Source: Sphaerodactylus townsendi (Eukaryota). From it: 54,735 bases of DNA. The notes under the pieces were generated by a model. The model had not been told where the DNA came from. It saw nothing but the letters and a program-made list of their open reading frames with translations, and did no database searches. Each line of letters opens with the position of its first letter. Position 1 is the stretch's first letter. A program made the position numbers and the translations under genes. Shown here piece after piece: positions 20,733-41,450 of the stretch. Location: contig NC_059441.1 in NCBI RefSeq assembly GCF_021028975.2, positions 5,961,266 through 6,016,000 of the forward strand. Reading direction: 5' to 3'.

Positions 20733-22179
20733 CTCGCTCGCGGCCTCGACGGAGGCTCCGGCGCTCGGCCGGGGCGGGCTGCTTCTCGCCGCCTCCGCTC
20801 CACACGGCCCCGCTCTCCGCGGGGAGGGCCGGCACGGGGCGGGGCGGGCTGGGGGGCGGGCCACTGCCGCCGGCGCTCCCACCCTCGCCACGCCCACTCT
20901 GCCCGGCCCCGGAACCCCCCGGCCGACCCCCGCGCCTTCGCTCGCCGCCAGCTCTACCTCCGCCTCGCCCCTCGCCCGCCTTTCGGGCCAAGGCGGCAGG
21001 CAGCCCCACCCCCCACCGGGCGCTTCTTCCACGGACGGACCGGGCAGGGGCAGCTGCTGCCTTGCTTGCGACGGCGGGCAGGCCGGCCGGCCTCTTCCCA
21101 CCGCAGAGGGGCGCTGGGCAACCACCCCGGTCGGGGAGAGCCGCCCCCGCCCCGCCCCGCCCCGCCCGCTCCTGGTTGTCGGCCTGCCTGCCTGCCTGCC
21201 TGCCTGCCCTCCCGTCGGCGGCACCCGGGGGCTCTGGGGGACTGCGGGTAGAGGGGGGGGGGCGCTTCTCCCTGCCTGCCCCCTCCTGGAACCGTGGGGC
21301 GGGAGGGAGACCCAGAGCCACACACAGCCCGGTGCCAACAAGGCGACCTCTCAGCGCCAGCCAGGCTTGCTCAAGGCTTCGTCGTGGTGCTGCAGCCACC
21401 GGTAGGGCAGCTCCCCCCGGAGCCCTCCTGGGCACGCGGAACTGGCACAGCCGGCCCCGCCCCTCTCTCCTCAGCCCAGCAAAGGCAGCGGGGGGGGGAG
21501 GGAGGGGTGCGATCTTTCCTGCCCCAGAGGGCAAAACCTGCCCAAACAGCTGCCCGGCAGAGTCAGACAGGAAGGCAGCCTCTTCTACCCCCCCCCCCTG
21601 TTGGGCTGAGAGTTCTGGACCAAGATGTGGGAGACCCTGGTTCGACTCCCCCCTCACTCCATCACGCAGGCTGGCTGGCTGGCTGGCTGGCCCTGGGCCA
21701 GGAACACTATCTTCGCCTGCAGGGTTGTTGTGAGCATAACCTGCTTTGGGGACCTGTTAACTGACCAAACAGGCGCTATCCGGAACAGCGGGGAAGCTGC
21801 TGGGAGGCTTCCAGTCAGGTTGTCTGGGGGATGAGTGACGCCCTTCCCAGCTGCAGCCCCCACCTGACCCCGCAGCTTCTCCACGTGTGCTCCTGGGACT
21901 GATCGGTGAGGGATCCATCTGTTCAGCACAGCCTAGGAGGGGGAACCACTGGCCTCACTTTCTTCATTGATACCCCTCCTTCCTCCCCCCCACAAATGGG
22001 GGCCCAAAGCAGCTGACCCCCTCCTCTCTCCATTTTATCTTCCTCAGACCAACCCTGTGAGGTTGGTTGGCCTGAAAGGCAGCTCCGCCTGGCCCACAGT
22101 CGCCCAGGGAGCTTCCACGGAAAAGTGAGGATTCAGATGGGGACCCTCAATTATGTCTAGCCCCCCCCCCCCCCTCCAA

Positions 22180-22470
22180 TCTCCTCTTCTCCAGACTAAA
22201 CATTCCCAAGGTGCTCAGCCTCGCCTCGCAGGTCTGGTCTCCTGGCCCCTGATCGTCCTCGTCGTTCTCTTCTCCACCTGCTCTGTTCTGTTACGCTTTT
22301 TGAAGTGAGGCCTCCAGAACTCTACACAATACTCCAATGTCTGACCAATGCAGTGTACAGTGGAACTATAACATCTTGCGATTAGGATGATGCCTCTGTT
22401 GACAAAGATCGCATTAGCTCTTTTTGTCGCTGCATCACACTGGTTGCCCATATTTAACTTACTGTCCCAA
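22180..22470 (-). mobile_element. Older CR1 RT fragment
   Basis: SKLNMGNQCDAATKRANAI...LEYCVEFWRPHFKK. Confidence 0.7.
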
Positions 22471-24106
22471 AATCTGAACCAACTGCCAGTACTGAGCATC
22501 AGCATATGATGGATGAGCTGTGGAGTCGGCTGATCCACAATGTGTACCATGTCAACTAACTCAATCAATGCACTGCCATGGAGAGTGTTGTGTGGCATGA
22601 TGGTTGCTTGGAGGATGGTGGTGCCGTGGTGTCCTCCAGCTGGCCTTCCAGCAACATCCATCAGTGCAGAGAAACCCCTCCCCATACAGGAAGGAAGTCC
22701 AAGGCACCGGGGGTGGGGGTGGGGGAGGAATTGTTAGGTCTGGTCACTTTTCTGACTTTGGGAGGGGAAGACTTTGTCTCTTCCGTTTAGATCAGGACTG
22801 AATCTCCAAATGTTAGGATACCAGCAGCTCCCTCAACACCCATGGGGAAGGCAGTCTGGGGAAATACGAAACCGTGGCCTCTGCCATAGCCCCCAAAGGG
22901 AGTGAGCCTCCTTCACCCAAAGTAGTGACCGCCTGTGAGTTTTCTGGTTTGCTCTGGCTTGCTTCAGGGAGCAGATGGAGGGCCTTCTCCCAGCCACAGA
23001 ATCTCTTCAACACACGTGAAAAGTAACGGGCTGTGCAGGCAGGGCACGCCCAAGCAAATAAAGCACGGTCACTGATTAACTATGCAGGGAATAATAAAAT
23101 TCACCATGTACAAGAAGCCTACAGACAAATCCAAAGAAGTTGTGGAGCACATATCAGCCGCAGACAACAATTTTCCTCAGGAGAGTTTTCTAAGGCTGAC
23201 ACAGCTGTGGTGGGCCCACAGGCCAAAACTGTGTCTTTGTAGGGAAATATTGCACCTAAACTCTGGCTCTAGACATTTGCAAAGCACGGCATGAAGCAGA
23301 CACCCGTCCTGTCCCTGCTCAGACCCCTACAGGAAAGTAAACACTGACTGAGCCAGAGAGGAGGGAGTGAAAAGCCCAGTTCGGGCAGAGTTCATCCACT
23401 GAGACACACTGGGTGCGGGAGGAACCCTCTGAGAAATGGGTGACAATTCACCCAGAGCAACTGGAATTTCCTCTTCTGTGCCTGGTGCCAGGGCAATCTT
23501 AGTGCTTGACCCAATTTCTTTGAGGTCAAGCAATCTCTGAAAGAAAATTCCAGTCACAAAAGAAAAGAGGTTTCCAAGCTTCCCATCTGCGGCACCCTCC
23601 CAAAATAATTACCTTGTCATGTGCGCCCAATTTCTGCTGTCTTCACAGTAAATAACGATGAACTCAGTGCTTATCTAGGCCTCTCTAGCCCAAGGATAAC
23701 ACAATGAACCATTACACCACACAGATTACCATCAGGGCCCGCCCTAACAAGTCCTCTTCAGAGGATCACGGAGACTCACCCTGTGGAGCCCAAGATCCCA
23801 GGAGGCCCCCCACAGTTCCTGCTGGGCCCTCAAACACACAAGACTCTGTCGAGATCACAGCCCATGAACGGGAACCAGACACAGAGGCCACAGAAGAACC
23901 CTTCAATGAAACCTGCCCGTTGCCAGGGAGTCCGTGGGCACCCCCAGAGACTCTGGAGCCCAGGAGACAGGAAGCCCAAGTCGGGCTACAGATCCGGTTG
24001 CAAAGTGCCCAGTTGGCTGCCTGGGACCTCTCCTCTGCCTCCAGGGGTTCCGCACTACAGAAGGGAGCTAAGGTCAACTCAGTTCCCTTCAGTGGGGGGC
24101 GATTCC

Positions 24107-24538
24107 AGGCTGTCCGCACAGCAACTTACTTGGCCCCCTGGAACCGAGCTAAGTGGGCGGGATCATCTTGGTGCCTGTTTCGCTCTTCGATCATGATTGG
24201 AGCTTGTGTTATCATGGGAAACGGGAGCGTTCTTTTTTTTTTTTTTACAGTTTACAGTTACATGCTCGCCACGACTCTCCCATTCTGCGCATGCCACAAA
24301 AGCGGCTCCTGATTGGTTGAACGGATGAGGTGTCGTTTCGATGCGTCCGCGCTCTCGAAGCTTGAAGGCGGTATCGACCTTGTTCCAGCAGAAAGGTGCA
24401 GTTCATAACTGCGACAGGGATGTCACAGTTCTGAGGGGGTGGAACTGAGGCAAAACAATGTTGAGCTCAGTTGCAGTGTGGATACACTGAGGTGAATCTA
24501 GATAGAAACCAGTACAACTCTGTCAGTGCGGAAAGCCT
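24107..24538. mobile_element. Putative MITE (PIF/Harbinger-like TIRs)
   Basis: Ends AGGCTGTCCGCAC and GTGCGGAAAGCCT are inverted complements (12/13). CpG-rich interior. No clear TSD. Confidence 0.5.
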
Positions 24539-25494
24539 CCAAGATTCACCCTGGTGGTCTCGCCTTCTTAGATGCTCACGGGGTCTATAGCTCCAGTACA
24601 CCTTGCTGTACCTAGCCTAAGCTGGAAGGGCCGGGAACTGATTGGAGAACAGTCAGGACAACCCCCTCCATTTACAGGGTCATAACCTGAAGAAAAATAC
24701 AAACAGTAGTCTAGTGGCTTCTTCAATTTATTCCAGCATAACATCCCATGAGAATTAACTGCATCCGATCGAATCAGTGGGTTGGAAGGGCCATATGGAC
24801 TATCACGTCCAACCCCCTGCCCAATGCAGGATCAGCCCCCTAGGCAATTGGGCATGCTGGCAGGGGCTGATGGGAATTGTAGTCCATGAACATCTAGAGA
24901 GCCACAGGTTGCAGACCCCTGGCCTAGAGCATCCCTGATAAATGTTTGTCCAGCCCTGTGGGGGGGCGGGGGGGCTCACCACCGCTCGAGGCAGCTGGTT
25001 CCACTGGTGAACAACTCTTTGCTGCAAACATTTTTCCTGACGTCTACTTGTACTTTTCTGTCCATAATTTATACCAATTGGTGCAACAGGTGTGCGTGGG
25101 AAGAGGGGGTGTTACAGAGAGGAGCTGGATCAAAACAAGACCCAGAGCACAGAAGAATCAGTTCCCTTGGGATGGGTGTGGCACTGCCACCTGGGCCTCT
25201 GAGCTCAGCCCACACGTGGCTTGTGACACTTGTTGGTGCACACGGGCCACTCCCTGCCAGCCATTCCTCCATCTGCTCCAAAGGGTTTGCTTTTGATGAG
25301 CCTCCCCCCCCCCCCACACCTCCACACTACGGTGCTATTATGCCAGCGAGGAGTAAAGTCTGACCGATCAGTTGTCTGACTGATCTGGGGGTGGCCGGCA
25401 TCCTCCACACGTCTTTTTCTTCAGGAGGAGCAATGTCCAGCATTGACCGCGTGTGCCTTGTGTTGGGTACCAGGGAGAGATCAGGTTCACCACT

Positions 25495-25650
25495 AAGAAC
25501 ATAAGAACAAGCCAGCTGGATCAGACCAGAGTCCATCTAGTCCAGCTCTCTGCTACTTGCAGTGGCCCACCAGGTGCCTTTGGGAGCTCACCTGCAGGAG
25601 GTGAAAGCAAGGGCCTTTTGCGGCTGTTGCTCCCAAGCACCTGGACTGCT
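25495..25650 (-). mobile_element. CR1 3' UTR fragment
   Basis: AAGAACATAAGAACAAGCCAGCTGGATCAGACC..., same 3' end as the other CR1 copies. Confidence 0.8.
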
Positions 25651-26004
25651 TGACTGCTTGACTCTCCACCTGGCTTCTGGTGGAAACTGTCTCAAAGCCA
25701 AGTGTTGAGGACTCTCGGGAGGGCTGCCCAGTCTCTCTCTTGTCTAGGTGTTCTCTGGACTTCATTGTCCCCATGGCAACTGTGGGGCTAAAGAATATCA
25801 TAGGGGCTGAAGAATATCATAGGTTGGATCTTCGCTGGGGTACCCAGTCTGGTGCCTCATGATCTGACAGGGGGCTGGAAATAAAGCCGCTGCCTCCTAA
25901 AGCAGTGATCCTCAACACAAGGCCTGCTGCCCTCTCCCCAAAGGGAAGAGCCAGGCCTGGCTTTCCTCTACCACATGGAGGCTGGGGGGGCTTCAGGAGA
26001 ATAA

Positions 26005-26275
26005 TGGTTTGGATTTATAACCCCCCCTTTCTCTCCTGTAGGGATACTCAAAGCCCTTCCTCTCCCCACAACAGACCCCCTGAGAAGCAGGTGGGTCTGA
26101 GAGAGCTCTGGGAGAACTGGGACTAGCCCAAGATCACTCCGCAGGAATGTAGGAGTGGGGGAACCAATCTGACTCACCAGATAAGAGTTCTCCATTCATG
26201 TGGACAACTGGGAATCCAACTTGGTTCTGAAGATTAGAGTCCCCCTGCTCTCGCCCGCTCCGCCACACTGGCTCT
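26005..26275 (-). mobile_element. Degraded Squam3-like SINE
   Basis: GTTTGGATTTATA...GACTAGCCCAAG...CTCACCAGATAAG similarity to the intact copies. Confidence 0.65.
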
Positions 26276-26414
26276 CCCAGAGAGGTATCTCTTTTGTGCT
26301 TGCAGGGATTCCCTATTCAGAAACGGCTACTTCCTTTCAATATCCCCCAAATAGACCACAGCGAATATTTAGATCTTGGCAGCCATTTTTTGACAGGGCC
26401 CACTTCATGCCAAT

Positions 26415-27075
26415 TTTCTTTTCTTTTTTTTTGATAATATTTTTATTGCAATTTCACAATAGGCATTAAGGAATATTGCATACATTTATAGGTGAGAGCA
26501 TTTGTCCGTACATGAAATAAAAGAGTTTCCCATATAGAGTTTTACAAAAAATCAAAGCTTTACTACTCACATTTAGTATTTGTCCTTAATCCCTTAAACA
26601 AACTCTTCCCTCCTCCCCCTCCCACTGAATACCCCTCTGACTTCCCCTCTATAGGTTTGTGACTAGTATTATTAAAATTTACAGAATTTTATATACAGTA
26701 ATTTCTTCTTAAGCGGTATAGAGAGAGCAAAAGAAAATTTAAACTTAAACACTTAGCAAATTTGGTGAAACTTTATTAACTCTAGCTAAGTAATTGATCC
26801 ATGGCTGCCATACTTTATAATATTCCTCAGTTGGCCGGTCTTTTAAATTAAAAGAAATTCTGTCCATCATATACAGTTCCTGAACCTTACTTCGCCATTC
26901 CTCCACACTCGGTATCTTCTTGGTCTTCCAGGATCGCGCTAGCACTATCTTTGCTGCGGAGAACATATGGAACAATAGGTGCTTACTGTCAAAAGATATG
27001 TTTTCATTCATCATTGCTGGCCCCAAAAGATAAGTAATACTTAATTTTTTAAATTTCATTTTTGTTATTTCTATA
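26415..27075 (-). mobile_element. L1-clade LINE 3' fragment
   Basis: ORF 26745-27059 SAAKIVLARSWK...PSVEEWRSKV...WQPWINYL (L1 ORF2 C-terminus), AT-rich 3' UTR, AATAAA and A-rich tail. Confidence 0.75.
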
Positions 27076-27344
27076 ATCTGCTCATGCCAATTTTCTTAAA
27101 GTGCCCAGAAGTTTGGAGGCGTATGTAGGAAAAGCACAATTGGTGAGGTCCTGCCTTCCCACTGACAAGGCAGGGACCCTATCCCACAGGTCCAGCAGAG
27201 GAGTTTTCAGGGCATCCAAAGAGGTTCCAGAACGCCCAGGTGGGTCTGGAGACCCTGGATGGCAACTCTGCAGAAGCCCAGGCCGAAGACCGGAGTGACG
27301 GGTCATCAGACGCTGCTCCCCGGCACCCTTACTCCTCCTCAAGT

Positions 27345-28475
27345 GGGAGCAGCAGTGGCGCAGTGGTTAAGAGAAGAAGAAGAAGAAGAGTTTGGATTTA
27401 TATCCCCTCTTTCTCTGCTGCAGGAGACTCAAAGGGGCTGACAATCTCCTTGCCCTTCCCCCCTCACAACAAACACCCTGTGAGGTGGGTGGGGCCGAGA
27501 GAGCTCCGAGAAGCTGTGACTAGCCCAAGGTCACCCAGCTGGCATGTGTGGGAGTGCACAGGCTAATCTGAATTCCCCAGAGAAGCCTCCACAGCTCAGG
27601 CGGCAGAGCTGGGAATCAAACCCGGTTCCTCCAGATTAGAGACACGAGCTCTTAACTTCCTACGCCACTGCAGGGGCACTCTTATCTGGAGAACCGGGTT
27701 TGATTCCCTGCTCTGCCACTGTTAGGGCCCAGCCTGGTCTGAATGGGAACCCCTGGGAGGAAGACTCAGATAGTGTTGGTTCCAGACTCTCAGGCACGAC
27801 CTGTAGCTGCAGAGACTGAGCGGCAGATAGAAGTTCCTGTAGAACCAGGTCCTCCGGCTCAAGCACAGCATTCAGGCTGGGATCTGCAGCCGGGCCCAAG
27901 CTCTGAGATTCCCCAGCAACAGCTTCGCTCTGAGAGTCTTCTTCGGCCCCTGATGGAGAGCCAGAGGGGACAGCTCTTGACTCCAGAGCCCCAGGAGCAG
28001 CGCAGGAGGACATGACATTTTACAGCAGAGGAGATGCAGCAGCAGGTTGGCAGCGATGGAGCAAGCTAGAGTAGATGCAGAGTCTTTTCAGGAGCCAGAC
28101 TAGAGTAACCCAGCTGCAAGAGAGGCTGCAGCAGAGCTAGCTGGTGGCAGCAACGTTGTGGTTTAGCTTGCAGGTACTGTGTCTGTTTCTTGTCTGGGTT
28201 CCTTGCTCTGTGCACAGAAAACATCTGGACCTGCTAAGACCTGTGTGTGGACTATCCTTGGTTCCTGAGGGCCTGGCTACAGCTGTCACTTGAGCTTTGG
28301 AGGCTTATCTGGTGAACCAGATAAGCTTGTGCACTCCAACACAGTTGGGTGACCTTGAGCTAGTCACAGCTCTTTGGAGCTCTCTCAGCCCCACCCTGGG
28401 GGTGGGGGGAAAGAGAAAGGAGATTGTAAGCCCCTTTGAGTTTCCTTGCAGGAGAGAAGGGGGGTATAAATCCAA
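27345..28475 (+). mobile_element. Squam3-like SINE interrupted by an inverted SINE (27372-27670) and a TG...CA element (27720-28281)
   Basis: Host head GGGAGCAGCAGTGGCGCAGTGGTTAAGAG resumes at CAGGGGCACTCTTATCTGG (~27671) and again at CACTTGAGCTTTGGAGGC (~28287). Confidence 0.7.
27720..28281. mobile_element. Putative solo LTR
   Basis: Starts TGTTAGG, ends GGCTACA, and splits a SINE. TSD not clean. Confidence 0.45.
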
Positions 28476-31290
28476 NNNNNNNNNNNNNNNNNNNNNNNNN
28501 NNNNNNNNNNNNNNNNNNNNNNNNNNNNNNNNNNNNNNNNNNNNNNNNNNNNNNNNNNNNNNNNNNNNNNNNNNNNNNNNNNNNNNNNNNNNNNNNNNNN
28601 NNNNNNNNNNNNNNCTTTAAGCAGGAACTGAAGCAGCTGAAGATAGTTGGGTGACATCTAGAGCTCTGTAGGTGGAAGAACCAGAGCTGCATATAGCATA
28701 TTCCAAACGAGGCTGCATTACAGATCCATTCAGTAACATTACTTGTTTGAAATATTTTTTTTTATTTTTCCACAAAACATTACAAGAGTGAAAAAAATAA
28801 ATTTGGAAAAGAAAAAAGGGTTATGTGGATCCGCAATAATCCTCCAGTTAAAAATCATGCTGTAGATTCAGTAAAAAAAAAAAAAAAAGGGGAGAGGTTG
28901 CCAACAAAAGCCCCCCAAAAAACAAAATAACCTAGAAACCCAGCCTGAAAGCAAAGGCTGACCATCCTGGCCAGGCCCCCCAAAGAGCAAGGTGGAGGGA
29001 TCGGCCTGGGCTCCAGAGAGAGGAGAGGAAGGAGAGGACTGCTTCGCAGGTGCCCGTGGCCCGCCCGGCAGGTCAGGCTGAGTGAGCTTCTCAGAAGCCT
29101 GGCCTCAGATGTGGCCTAGTGTGTGCGTGTGTTTGGGGGGGGGGAGGCCCTTCTGGCGCTCCTCTCGCAAGAGGGAAGCCAGCAGCCGCTCAGCAGAGGC
29201 CCCTCCGAGGAGCCACCGACAGGCAGCCATCCAGCAGTTACCGTGGCAACCCATTATAAGTGGGGGCGGGACTTTTGCCATAGCAATGGGAGCAGGAGAG
29301 AAAGGTCCTGGCTTGTGGCTGCTGAAAGCCTGGGTGGGGGACAAGATGCCGAGCCAGGGAGCACGGAAGCCACTTTTGGAGAGAAGATTTCTATTGGGGG
29401 AGGGGGGGCGCACAGGAACAGAGGACGGGAGGAAGTGGCAGGAGCAGACCCCCACCACCATGCCAGCGGACTGGGAGGCCCAGGAGGGAAGCTGGCCTCC
29501 TCCCAAGCAAACTGCCCCAGTTCCACCAGCAGGGAGTGGGCCCAGGACAAAAGCCCCCTGGGACCCACGTGTGTCCTCCCTGAGCAGACTCTTGGGCAGC
29601 CCCCTCACCAGCCCCACACGGACTGGAGTCCCCGCACCGGCCAGAGGGCTGAGCGTGTGCAGGGCTGCCAGGGTGGGGGTGCCAACTGGCCTGGAGAAAA
29701 CTGGACCTTGCAAAACAGAGCAGAAGCAGAGCTGTGGCTGTCCTGAAGCCGCACAGCTGATGGCTGATTTTAGGAGGTCCACAGTGTGTGGAGTTGGGGG
29801 GCTCCTTTGCTTGTGCTGCTTGGTTGGGGGGGGAGGGAGGGGGGATCTTTGTCTGCAGCTGGCCCTGTCAGGGGTGGGCGGGCAAGGCCTCCGCCAAGAT
29901 GGTGACTCTCAGGTGCTGGTCTGGCCCCTCCTTCCCAGCAAGGCCCCTCTGAGAGCACACTGGAGATCCACACCCAGTCAGCAGCAGCACCCACAGGTGG
30001 CACAATCATCGCACCTGGCTTCGTGGGACTGCCGCCCACCCCGCGATGGCCATGACCGCCAGACCTGGGAATGCCTGCCGGCTCTTCTCAGCACCAGTGG
30101 CCTCTGCACATCTTTGGGGGGTGCGGCCATCACAGCGTTGTGGGCATCAAGGGGATGCTGCGGCACTCACTGGGGAGGGGGCTCTGACCTCAGCAGCAGA
30201 TGGAACCCCCACCTCCCTGAGGCTCGCTTGATTGGGTCTTCTAAGGGGACAAAGTACTTGGGTTGCTGGCAGAGAATTTCTCACTCTGCCCTCCTGCAGC
30301 TGGGATTTTCCATCAGAAAAACATTGGGGGTGGGTGGCAGGTGGGAAGTGGTGAGCCCCTCCCTCCCCCTCATCCCCCGCTCCTGGGCAGGTTCGCAGTT
30401 CCAGTCCTTGACCTTTGGTTTCACTGGGATTTGGGCCAGGACCAGCGGGGGGGGGGGGCTGACCTCGTCTCTGCAGCCCACCTCTGTCCAAGCAGGGCTC
30501 TTCGGCAAACATTTGTCTTGGTGAACTTTGTCCATGCCCGCTGCAGCGCCAAGCCTTCCCACCCCACCCGAGCAGACACAGAGAGGAGCTGCCGGCCGGG
30601 GCTCCAGCTGGCGCGCAGCCAGCCCTCTCGGCCAGTGGGCACCCATTCAGCCCGCTTGCCCCCCCACCCCGCCCGCCCGCAGGGTGCCCTCTGCGCCAGA
30701 CCGCAGGCCGGCCGGCCAAGTGCAACGCGGCACCCTGTCGAGGCACGAAGCACAACTGGACGCTGGGAACACCTGGAGGCCCCCCGGGGGTGGGTCTGGG
30801 GAGGACCCTCCTTGGCCTCTGTCCCCAGCACGGGCAGCCTCAGCCCCGGCCGGGCCAGAGAAGGGGCGCTGGAAGCCCCCGGGGCCAGGCGCAGCAGCGG
30901 GGCGACCCTTCGGGTGTGGCGCCGCCCGAGCAGTCGTGGCCAGGACGAGCCTTCTCGGCCTCGGCCCCGCGGGGGGGGGGGGGGACAAAGGCGCGCACAC
31001 GTGGCTGCCCGACCACGGCCCCGCTCGGCTCTCGGCGCAGCAGCAGCAGCAGCAGCAGCTCCCGGCTCCCGCCAGCTCCGCCCCGGGGAGGGCCGAGGGG
31101 GGTGCAGGCCGGCCGGCGAGCGAGCGACTCCAGCGCCCGGGGGGCGGCTCCCTCCTTCCCCCCGCCCCCCTCTCTCTCCGCCCCTCCCTCCCTCCCTCCC
31201 TCGCGCTCGCTCGCTCGCTCGCTCGTGCCGCCGCCGCCGCCGGCGCGCTCGCCTTCCTCTTCCTCTCTCCTTCCTGTGCCCTCCCGCGCC

Positions 31291-40538
<9,248 letters not shown>

Positions 40539-40935
40539 GAGGGTGCAGCAGGGGCAGCAACGGCAGCAGCACCGCCCTGAGGTTGCATGGAGGGGGACGG
40601 CGGGAGCCCATTTACCTCATTTTTAATAGAACAAGCTCTGTCTGCTCTTCCTTTCAACCAGGAAAACATTCTGGGTCACCTGTTTTCCATTGGTTGTTTT
40701 TAAAAATCCCCGTAAGCTATCCCAAGAAGGCCCCCCGCCAGTGACTGCTGCTCACAAGGGAAGGTGGGGGGGTCAGTCATGAAGGAGAGGGTTTTGTGCT
40801 ATAATTTATGTACTGTCATTTGGGCCTCGTGGTAGCAATTAAAATCTAGTTCTCACACATCCTGCTTTCTGGCATGGGTTGTATCTGCGCCCCCCGCCCA
40901 CCCGCGAACTACTTGCATCAGCCAAAGAATACTCA

Positions 40936-40941
40936 TTTATT
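40936..40941 (-). terminator. Poly(A) signal, ZNF710
   Basis: TTTATT on +, about 510 nt downstream of the ZNF710 stop. Confidence 0.55.
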
Positions 40942-41450
40942 GCTGAATTTCTTCAGAACAGGAAAATAAACACAGTAGATCTATGCACACGAGGGACCGT
41001 CCGCTCTGCGTCAGCAAAGTGAGGTGGTGGGGTACTGGCTTGCACCACTGGCCTTTGGGGCAAGCCCCCTGCCCTGAAACATATATTTTTTTTGGTGTGG
41101 GGCAGAGGTAGTTTGTCAGGGAGTGCGGCAGGTCTGGCCTGGCAGCTCTGGAGCCCATTTGGCCGGCTCTGGCCTGCCTCGCAGCCTTCCCTAGACCAGC
41201 CACACGTAGCACTGTTGCCAGAGGCTGTGGGAGGTAGTGGGACGGAGGCCCTTCGTGGGTTGGAGAAGTGCTGCCTCCCAGCCCCTGCCCAGCCCTGAGC
41301 CGGGGCCACGTCCATTGCAGAACAGAAGAGCAGGAGCGGGGAGGGGGGGACAGTGCCCCCTCCGCCACTCGGGAGCTCTCCCTGCTCAGCAGAGGCTCCA
41401 CCGGAGGGCAGGGTGGCCCTCTTCCACATAACCTCTCTCCCCCCAGCACA

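Noticed and set aside
19566-21733. 567-694 aa ORFs across NGRN and the gap
   Set aside because: Stop-poor CpG-island DNA joined artificially through Ns across a probable mis-join.
29082-30524. 480-aa ORF upstream of IDH2
   Set aside because: GTG start, no recognisable motif or exon structure; expected by chance at this GC content. A divergent lncRNA cannot be excluded.
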